64,000 nt of DNA from positions 1,543 to 65,542 of the forward strand of contig PBNV01000004.1 of assembly GCA_002723345.1 (NCBI GenBank), given 5' to 3'. Each line of letters opens with the position of its first letter. Positions within the stretch are counted from its first letter, which is position 1. Shown piece after piece: positions 56,852 to 64,000 of the stretch. Source of the DNA: Rhodospirillaceae bacterium. GTDB taxonomy: Bacteria > Pseudomonadota > Alphaproteobacteria > Rhodospirillales > UBA2165. A program made the position numbers and the translations under genes. A model generated the notes under the pieces. That model had not been told where the DNA came from, made no database searches, and saw only the letters and a program-made list of their open reading frames with translations.

Positions 56852-57769
56852 CTATTCGTTTTTAGGCTGGTTTGGGCGGAGACCAAGCACATGGCAAATC
56901 GCGTAAGATAGATCAGCCCTATTCAGGGTATAAAAATGAATGTCTTCCACACCCTCCGAGACTAGAAACCGGCTTAATTCGATGGCAACGCTCGCCGCAA
57001 CCAGTTGACGTGTCCCGGGATCTTCATCCAAGCCGTCAAACCAGTCGGCCATCCAGACCGGAACCGACGTGCCGCATAATTTGCTGAATGACATCACCTG
57101 GGAAAAATTTGTAACTGGCAAGATGCCAGGCACGATTGGAATGGTAATGCCTGACGCTGCTGCCCGGTCCCTAAATTTTAAATACACGTCTGGCTCGAAA
57201 AAAAACTGGGTAATGGCCCGCCTGGCGCCCTCATCGACCTTTCGTTTCAAATTGTCCAGATCAGCGCCTGGAGACCTGGCTTCTGGATGCGTCTCGGGAT
57301 AAGCTGCCACACTAATCTCAAAGTCCGCGATAGACCTAAGACCGCGGACCAAGTCTGCTGCATAGAGGTACCCATCTGGGTCGGGCTGATACACAGGATG
57401 ACCATCTGGTGGATCTCCTCGAAGCGCCACGATATGACGAATGCCAGCGTCCCAATAACGCCGCGCAATGTCATGTATTTCATCCGTTGAGGCGCCGACG
57501 CATGTCAAGTGAGCCGCTGTGGGTATGCCGGTTTCCGCTTGCAGACGCGACACAATTTCATGGGTTTTTTCGCGTGTGTTTCCTCCCGCGCCGTACGTTA
57601 CAGACATAAAGGAGGGCCCGAGGGGTGCCAATCGTTCCACTGAAAGCCAAAGGGCACGCTCCATTTTTTCTGATTTCGGCGGAAAAAACTCAAATGACAC
57701 GCGCACATCCGCCGTAAAGCCCATAGTTCTCTCAACTTCCTTTTGACGCGTATTCTGGAGGTTGTACAT
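56852..57769 (-). CDS. metF: 5,10-methylenetetrahydrofolate reductase
   Basis: SFEFFPPK, SVTYGAGG, AHLTC, ALRGD, AYPETHP, ITQFFF, HFYTLNR. Confidence 0.96.
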   Translation of the reverse strand: MYNLQNTRQKEVERTMGFTADVRVSFEFFPPKSEKMERALWLSVERLAPLGPSFMSVTYGAGGNTREKTHEIVSRLQAETGIPTAAHLTCVGASTDEIHDIARRYWDAGIRHIVALRGDPPDGHPVYQPDPDGYLYAADLVRGLRSIADFEISVAAYPETHPEARSPGADLDNLKRKVDEGARRAITQFFFEPDVYLKFRDRAAASGITIPIVPGILPVTNFSQVMSFSKLCGTSVPVWMADWFDGLDEDPGTRQLVAASVAIELSRFLVSEGVEDIHFYTLNRADLSYAICHVLGLRPNQPKNE

Positions 57770-57770
57770 T

Positions 57771-58703
57771 TTATGCTTTTCGTCCCGTCCAGAGTGTCAC
57801 CGTCAGTTCACGGCCCGGGAACTCGATAGGAGGAGAGGCTGTAAGATGAAACTGGCTGAGCAGACCTTGTATTTCTGAATCAGAGAACCCCAGTCTCCGA
57901 TGCTGAAATTCCTCTCTAAAGTCCTCGTGATTATGAGGGGCAAAGTCAATTATTACCGCTGTTCCCGAATGCCGCATGACTCTTGATATTTCCGCAAAAA
58001 CATCAGCTGGCTGACCAGCATAATGGAGCACCTGGTGAAGCGTTACGAAATCGAACGCGCTGTCTTCGTAAGGCAGGTGGTACATATTCCCCTGTCTGAC
58101 ACGGCAATGTTCTAGCCCTGGCTTGTCGAGGTTGGTCCGTGCCACCGAGAGCATCTCTGGAGATAAATCAACTCCCTCCCCCGACATTATAAAGGGAGCA
58201 AGTATTTCTAATATTCTGCCGGTCCCTGTTCCAATGTCGAGCAGGGTCTCCGGCATCTCTCTCTCGACCAGCTCGCACAGTGCTCGTTCAACGTCCAGGT
58301 CCTCTACGTGGAGAGATCTAAGTTTTTCCCATTTCGAAGCCACTTGCTGGAAATACTTTTCTGCCGCATCAAGCCGCGCATCTTTTATCTGGTTCAGACG
58401 CAATTGATCTGACCTTGCGCGAGCGTCCGAGGCTGGAATGAATGCGAGTATTTGCTGAGTTAGTGACCGGATCTCCGCCGAATTTACAAGTCGGTAAAAA
58501 ACAAAGTTCCCCTCCCGAACCCGCTCGAGCAAACCCGCGTCACATAGGATTTTGAGATGACGGGACACACGCGGCTGGCTCTGTCCCATTATTTGAACAA
58601 ATTCAGTAACTGTAAATTCTCCGCGCGCGCACATTGCCAAAAGTCGCAAGCGGCTCTCATCAGAAACAGATTTTAAAAGACGGACAACAAGATCCAATGT
58701 CAT
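57771..58703 (-). CDS. sahR: ArsR-HTH + SAM-methyltransferase-fold regulator (SahR type)
   Basis: RLRLLA..QSQPRVSRHLKIL..REG; LLDIGTGTG; HQVLHY; heads metF-metH; ATG 58703 with GGAG. Confidence 0.85.
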   Translation of the reverse strand: MTLDLVVRLLKSVSDESRLRLLAMCARGEFTVTEFVQIMGQSQPRVSRHLKILCDAGLLERVREGNFVFYRLVNSAEIRSLTQQILAFIPASDARARSDQLRLNQIKDARLDAAEKYFQQVASKWEKLRSLHVEDLDVERALCELVEREMPETLLDIGTGTGRILEILAPFIMSGEGVDLSPEMLSVARTNLDKPGLEHCRVRQGNMYHLPYEDSAFDFVTLHQVLHYAGQPADVFAEISRVMRHSGTAVIIDFAPHNHEDFREEFQHRRLGFSDSEIQGLLSQFHLTASPPIEFPGRELTVTLWTGRKA

Positions 58704-58724
58704 AACTCCACGTAATATTAAGCC

Positions 58725-58744
58725 ATATAACAATATGATTATAT
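58725..58744. promoter_or_regulatory. candidate SahR operator
   Basis: 20-bp ATATAA-CAATATGA-TTATAT palindrome 22 nt upstream of the sahR ATG. Confidence 0.65.
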
Positions 58745-59079
58745 AGACAATATTACATTTTCCCGCTAACTATAAGGACCAATGTAAAAACACCTCGTGA
58801 AATTCTGGAACAACTCATTAACAGGCGTTTTCCTATTCAGGATCAGCGCGAAGTGTTGCTAAAATAGCACAGAGAGAGCCATAGAGACGCCCTCGACGGG
58901 AGACCCCGCTGGTCTTTTCAGAAAGCCTCTGTTAATTTTTATTGTGTAAGAATATAGCATTGTCGTGGTACCCGAGGTCATCTTGGATTGGCGCTAGGCT
59001 CTCAAAATATTGAGGTCTCCAAGAAGAGAAGCACAATATAGAGCGATGGCTCTTAACAAGCGTTGAGGATGAGGTTGAA

Positions 59080-59907
59080 TTGGTGGGTCGAATTCTTCAA
59101 AAACCCTGTCTGAGGTCTTTCGTGGTCGTTATCAGCGTTTTCGTGCTGTCCAACTGTGCCTCAGCCCCTAAAGGTGATCCGGAGACGCTGGCTGAATTTC
59201 AGAAACTCAATGATCCGATCGAGCCAACCAATCGGGCTATTTTCAGCTTAAACCAAGGCATAGATAAGGCCATCATCAAACCAATTACGGGCTTTTATCG
59301 GACCATCACGCCGGCACCTGCGCGGGAAGCCGTCCATAGTTTTTTGGAGAACCTTCGAACCCCAGTCATCCTTGCCAATGATGTTCTACAAGGAGAAATT
59401 GGGCGCGCCGGCAATACTGTCATCCGGTTCGGCGTAAACTCCACCTGGGGTATCTTGGGGTTTAGAGATGCTGCGTCAGATCTTGGCTTTGAACATCATA
59501 CAGAGGATTTCGGGCAAACGCTCGCCATGTGGGGCATTGGCGAGGGACCCTTTTTAATGTTGCCCGTGCTCGGGCCATCCAACCCACGCGATGCGGTAGG
59601 CAAAGTGGTTGATTATCTCATAGACCCCATAAATTGGTGGGCAACGAATACAGATAGTGGTGTCGTCTCTATGACCAGAACGGGCATCACTGGCATCGAC
59701 ACACGGGATCAACTTTGGGACGTGTTGGAGGATATTGATAAAAACTCTTTGGATCCCTATGCATCGATTAGAAGCCTTTACCGCCAGCGCCGGATGGATG
59801 ATATCAGGAATGGTGCAGAGGTGGATGATCCTCCGGCCCCGACCCTCGGTGGAGATTTTGAGTTAGCCGATCCTGAGGGAATGGACAGGGCTCCGACCAA
59901 TAAATGA
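59080..59907 (+). CDS. mlaA: MlaA/VacJ lipoprotein
   Basis: Lipobox-like LSNC; DPIEPTNR, EDFGQTLAMWGIGEGPFLMLPVLGPSNPRD, SLDPYASIRSLYRQRR. Confidence 0.93.
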   Translation: MVGRILQKPCLRSFVVVISVFVLSNCASAPKGDPETLAEFQKLNDPIEPTNRAIFSLNQGIDKAIIKPITGFYRTITPAPAREAVHSFLENLRTPVILANDVLQGEIGRAGNTVIRFGVNSTWGILGFRDAASDLGFEHHTEDFGQTLAMWGIGEGPFLMLPVLGPSNPRDAVGKVVDYLIDPINWWATNTDSGVVSMTRTGITGIDTRDQLWDVLEDIDKNSLDPYASIRSLYRQRRMDDIRNGAEVDDPPAPTLGGDFELADPEGMDRAPTNK

Positions 59908-60530
59908 AATTCGCGTTCCGGACGACCTACCTAGCGATCATTGGGACAATTGTCTTATTCTCGCCAATAACGGCCAAAGCAGAGGCAAATGGGTTCCATA
60001 AGGGTGCCAGCACGTTTGTGATGGCACTGGCCAATGATGTGATTACCAACTTAACAGGCAATGCACTCACTGACTTACAGCGCCAAGAAAAACTGCGGGG
60101 CATCCTCAAATCTTATTTTGATGTGAACAGCATTGGAAAGTGGGTGCTGGGTCGGCATTGGCGAAAAGCGAGTGCCGCGGAAAGATCAGAGTATCTAGGA
60201 TTATTTGAAGATCTGATCGTCAATACGTACGCCATTCGCTTTAAAAGTTACGCGAATGAAAAAATCAAACTGACTGGGACCGCCAGTCGCGGCCAAACGG
60301 CGATTGTTAAATCTGTCATTGAACGAGGGAGCCAACAACCAGTTCGCGTCGATTGGCGGGTGACCTACCCCGATGGTCAATATAAAATCTTTGACATCGT
60401 GATCGAGGGCGTGAGCATGATCCAGACCCAGCGGTCAGAGTTTAGCTCAGTAATCCGGCGCAACGGCGGACGGGTCTCGGGCCTTATTGCAACCCTCAAA
60501 AATAGATCCCGAAGCGGTGCCCGAAACTAA
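59904..60530 (+). CDS. mlaC: MlaC/Ttg2D periplasmic phospholipid-binding protein
   Basis: Signal peptide; VLGRHWR, VDWRV, KIFDIVIEGVSMIQTQRSEF. Confidence 0.92.
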   Translation: MKFAFRTTYLAIIGTIVLFSPITAKAEANGFHKGASTFVMALANDVITNLTGNALTDLQRQEKLRGILKSYFDVNSIGKWVLGRHWRKASAAERSEYLGLFEDLIVNTYAIRFKSYANEKIKLTGTASRGQTAIVKSVIERGSQQPVRVDWRVTYPDGQYKIFDIVIEGVSMIQTQRSEFSSVIRRNGGRVSGLIATLKNRSRSGARN

Positions 60531-60551
60531 ACCTCAGATCGGCCTCGAACC

Positions 60552-62234
60552 TCAGTCTCGCGTAAGCGGCTTGTATTTAATCCGGTGTGGCTGGTCCGCC
60601 TTTAAGCCTAACCGTCGCTTTCGGTCCTCCTCGTAATCCGCATAATTTCCCTCAAACCACTCAACGTGGCTCTCGCCTTCAAACGCCAGAATGTGTGTGG
60701 CGAGCCGATCCAGGAACCAGCGATCATGGCTGACCACAACTGCACATCCGGGAAAGTCTAAAAGCGCAGCCTCCAGGGCCCGAAGCGTATCCACATCCAA
60801 GTCATTCGTGGGTTCGTCTAAAAGAACCACATTTGCGCCGGCTTTAAGAACCTTGGCCAAATGGACACGGTTTCTCTCACCGCCAGACAACTGGCCAACT
60901 TTTTTCTGCTGATCGGCGCCTCTAAAGTTAAACTGCGAGACATATGCCCGGCTTTGCATCGTCCGATGGCCCAAATCCACCTCATCCAGACCATCTGAAA
61001 TTTCCTCCCAAACGGTCTTATCTCCATCCAGTTCGGCGCGGGACTGATCAACATATCCAAGCGACACCGTATCACCCACGCGGATGTTTCCTCCGTCGGG
61101 GCCCTCCTGACCAGAAATCATGCGGAACAATGTAGTTTTGCCGCTCCCATTTGGGCCAATGACGCCAACAATTCCGCCGGGCGGCAGCTTAAAAGAGAGG
61201 TCTTCGATGAGAAGCTTATCCTCAAACCCCTTAGCTAGGCAGGAGGCCTCAATCACTAAGTCACCCAGCCGAGGACCAACGGGCACAATGATCTGCGCCG
61301 TATCTGGAGACTTCTCCTTGGCCTCAGCCAACAAACTTTCATATGCCGTGATCCGTGCCTTACTTTTCGCCTGTCGAGCGCGCGGCGACTGGCGGATCCA
61401 CTCCAGCTCGTTGGCGAGGGTACGCTGGCGCGCCTGTTCCTGTTTTTCTTCTTGTGCGAGCCGTTTGCCTTTCTGTTCAAGCCAGGCCGAGTAATTTCCC
61501 TCGTAAGGTATGCCGTTGCCACGATCCAGCTCAAGTATCCAGCCGGCCACGTTGTCGAGGAAATACCGATCGTGGGTAATGGCAACGACAGTGCCCTCAT
61601 ACTCGTGCAAAAACCTCTCAAGCCAGGCGACGGACTCCGCATCAAGGTGGTTGGTCGGCTCGTCTAATAGCAGAAGGTCTGGTTTCTGCAACAGCAACTG
61701 ACAGAGGGCAACACGTCGGCGCTCACCACCCGATAATTTATCTACATCCGCATCACCGGGAGGACACCTTAACGCGTCCATGGCCATTTCAATGGTCCTC
61801 TCGAGCTCCCACCCATTCGCGGCATCAATTTGTTCTTGTAACTCGCCTTGCTCCTCCAGGAGCCTATTCATTTCGTCATCTTCAAGGGGTTCTGCGAACT
61901 TAGCGCTCACCTCGTTGAAACGGTCTATCAGGTTTTTGATCGCGCCAACTCCCTCCATGACGTTGCCTGCTACGTCCTTGGAGGGATCGAGTTCAGGTTC
62001 CTGAGGCAAATACCCCACACTTGCCCCGTCTGCAGACCAAGCCTCCCCATTAAACTCAGTCTCAATACCAGCCATAATTTTGAGAAGTGTCGATTTACCA
62101 GCCCCGTTGACACCTAAAACACCAATTTTTGCGCCAGGGTAAAAAGACAAGGATATATTCTTAAGCAGCTCGCGTCCCCCAGGAAGGACCTTGTTTAGCT
62201 GTTTCATGACATAAATATACTGATGAGAGGCCAT
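60552..62234 (-). CDS. ettA: energy-dependent translational throttle ABC-F ATPase
   Basis: [62 protein letters not shown]. Confidence 0.96.
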   Translation of the reverse strand: MASHQYIYVMKQLNKVLPGGRELLKNISLSFYPGAKIGVLGVNGAGKSTLLKIMAGIETEFNGEAWSADGASVGYLPQEPELDPSKDVAGNVMEGVGAIKNLIDRFNEVSAKFAEPLEDDEMNRLLEEQGELQEQIDAANGWELERTIEMAMDALRCPPGDADVDKLSGGERRRVALCQLLLQKPDLLLLDEPTNHLDAESVAWLERFLHEYEGTVVAITHDRYFLDNVAGWILELDRGNGIPYEGNYSAWLEQKGKRLAQEEKQEQARQRTLANELEWIRQSPRARQAKSKARITAYESLLAEAKEKSPDTAQIIVPVGPRLGDLVIEASCLAKGFEDKLLIEDLSFKLPPGGIVGVIGPNGSGKTTLFRMISGQEGPDGGNIRVGDTVSLGYVDQSRAELDGDKTVWEEISDGLDEVDLGHRTMQSRAYVSQFNFRGADQQKKVGQLSGGERNRVHLAKVLKAGANVVLLDEPTNDLDVDTLRALEAALLDFPGCAVVVSHDRWFLDRLATHILAFEGESHVEWFEGNYADYEEDRKRRLGLKADQPHRIKYKPLTRD

Positions 62235-62377
62235 TAGAAACTCCGGCTTTTAATGGGGGGGCAAAGTGGATGGTATGTATATCAGGTAAGCTTTTTTGTT
62301 CAATCGACCTGGTGTCGGGCGACCACAAAAATATTAAGTGAAGAGGTAGATTACTCCTTTGATAGAGTTCTAATTTC

Positions 62378-63886
62378 TCAGATCATCAACCTAATTAGCC
62401 ATAATATTAAGGCAGCTAGCATACCTGAAGCAGGGACGGTGATTACCCAAGCAGCGATAATCCCCAGAAGATGGCGTCTCCGCACCAATTTCCGCTTCTG
62501 GACCTTGTCCATTTGTATAACAGCATCTTCTCCTGACAAGTTCGATGCCGGAGCGCCTGCAACTTCAAGAGATTTTCTCGATTTGTAACCAGAATTTACA
62601 AGGAATTCTCTAAAAAATCCGACCCCGAAAACAGCGCCAACAGCAATGTGGGTTGAGCTTACGGGAAGACCTAAAGTTGACGCGATAATAACGGTAATCG
62701 ATGCCGATAAAGCTACACAAAATGCACGTGCCCTATCGAGCTTAGTGATTTTCTCGCCAACTATTTCAATAATTTTAGGCCCAAATAACAAAAGACCTAC
62801 CGAAATCCCTATTGCACCTATCGCCAATATCCAAATAGGAAGTGTAACTTTGGCTGAGACTTCACCACCGCCCAAGACACTTACTATCGCCGCTAAGGGG
62901 CCCACGGCATTTGCCACATCATTTGAACCATGGGCAAATGAGAGTAACGCCGCCGCACAAATCAGTGGAATAGTAAAGAGCTCGCCCACAGACTTTCGGC
63001 GGTTCTCCAAATGGATTGCAGCTTTAGAAACAGCCTGTTTTACGAAAACGTATGTGCCCGCAAAAAATAACAAGCCTATAAGGAAGATAATATTTACATC
63101 AGGTTTCCAAACTCGTTTGAGACCTTTCATAACTAAATAAACTGAGAATGCAGATGCCATAATGGCGACTAGTACCGGGACCCAACGCTTTGACGCTAAA
63201 ATCTTATCTTCTTTGTTCAAGATGAAGAATTGTATGAAAGCCAAAAAAGCAGCCGCGACAACACCACCTAAAACAGGTGATATAACCCAACTTGCAGCAA
63301 TTTTGGTCATTACCCCCCAATCCACGGTCGAGAGTCCTGCAGCAGCTATTCCGGCCCCCATCACTCCACCAACAATGGAATGGGTAGTAGAGACTGGCGC
63401 GCCGATAAACGTTGCTAGATTTACCCATACAGCTGCCGCTAAAAGGGCAGACAACATCGCCCATACGAAAAGTTTGGGATCGGTGAATGAGCTTGGATCA
63501 ATGATACCTTTTGAAATCGTGGTAACAACATCACCCCCCGCTATCAGTGCGCCAGCAGCTTCAAAAATTGCGGCAATCACGAGCGCGCCGACAATCGTAA
63601 GGGCCTTTGAGCCGACGGCGGGACCTACATTGTTAGCGACATCATTCGCCCCAATATTCATCGCCATATAACCGCCAACAATGGCAGCAATAGCAAGGAT
63701 GGTATATGTCTCCTCACTTCCAGCTTGAAGAAAAACAAACAACCAAACGCCAAGCAGGAAAAGAAGGCCGAAACCAAGGTTAAGATTTCTAGCACCAACT
63801 ATGCTCGTCGCCTTTTCAAGCTGAGTGATACGCTTAAGGTCTTTATCTATTGTCTGCTTCTTACCCGCGATCGCCATCAACCTCAC
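62378..63886 (-). CDS. PiT family inorganic phosphate transporter
   Basis: NIGANDVANNVGPAVGS, PVSTTHS, SFAHGSNDVANAVGP, PVSSTHI. Confidence 0.93.
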   Translation of the reverse strand: MRLMAIAGKKQTIDKDLKRITQLEKATSIVGARNLNLGFGLLFLLGVWLFVFLQAGSEETYTILAIAAIVGGYMAMNIGANDVANNVGPAVGSKALTIVGALVIAAIFEAAGALIAGGDVVTTISKGIIDPSSFTDPKLFVWAMLSALLAAAVWVNLATFIGAPVSTTHSIVGGVMGAGIAAAGLSTVDWGVMTKIAASWVISPVLGGVVAAAFLAFIQFFILNKEDKILASKRWVPVLVAIMASAFSVYLVMKGLKRVWKPDVNIIFLIGLLFFAGTYVFVKQAVSKAAIHLENRRKSVGELFTIPLICAAALLSFAHGSNDVANAVGPLAAIVSVLGGGEVSAKVTLPIWILAIGAIGISVGLLLFGPKIIEIVGEKITKLDRARAFCVALSASITVIIASTLGLPVSSTHIAVGAVFGVGFFREFLVNSGYKSRKSLEVAGAPASNLSGEDAVIQMDKVQKRKLVRRRHLLGIIAAWVITVPASGMLAALILWLIRLMI

Positions 63887-64000
63887 CTTTTTTACATTGC
63901 CACATCAGAAAATAATGGTCTTTTCCCAGATCCTCATAAATTGGCAAGAAAAAAAATAAACTCCTTTGTTAATTTCTCGAAACTGAATTTGAAAATGTTC

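Noticed and set aside
58853-58871. Imperfect palindrome GTGTTGCTAAAATAGCACA upstream of mlaA
   Set aside because: Single imperfect instance; cannot be assigned to a regulator
1-64000. CRISPR arrays, IS elements, prophage, defence systems, rRNA/tRNA
   Set aside because: No spaced repeats, terminal inverted repeats, transposase/integrase or RNA-gene signatures found by eye; short elements could be missed

Overview
This 64 kb window is gene-dense chromosomal backbone of an alphaproteobacterium (Rhodospirillales-like, inferred from gene content), with about 50 CDS. I found no rRNA, tRNA, CRISPR, transposase, integrase or phage genes. Core genes include sahR-metF-metH, uvrD-prmA, mlaA-mlaC, ettA, cobD, an AsmA-family gene, djlA-EamA-amidase, ibpA and mmcB. 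Many redox, glutathione and aromatic-catabolism genes are interspersed, plus two SPINDLY/OGT-like GT41 glycosyltransferases. The best signal missed by the ORF track is a selenoprotein: a peroxiredoxin-like gene (36411->35932) with an in-frame UGA in a UxxC motif (FYRGHW-U-PYC) followed directly by a bacterial SECIS-like hairpin. Other signals read from the sequence: a sigma32 promoter plus ROSE-like thermometer at ibpA, a SahR-like operator, an SOS-like box at mmcB, three small ORFs with RBSs, two single-base frameshifts (MarR, 2-hydroxyacid dehydrogenase), an internally deleted TfoX gene, and several enzymes with altered active-site motifs (DapA-like aldolase, one GT41, a His-less S1C protease). 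I found no compact, clearly new multi-gene system. The closest candidates are the Mo-hydroxylase/Fe-ADH/GMC oxidation cluster and the divergent GT41. All assignments come from motif recognition by eye; no searches were run.
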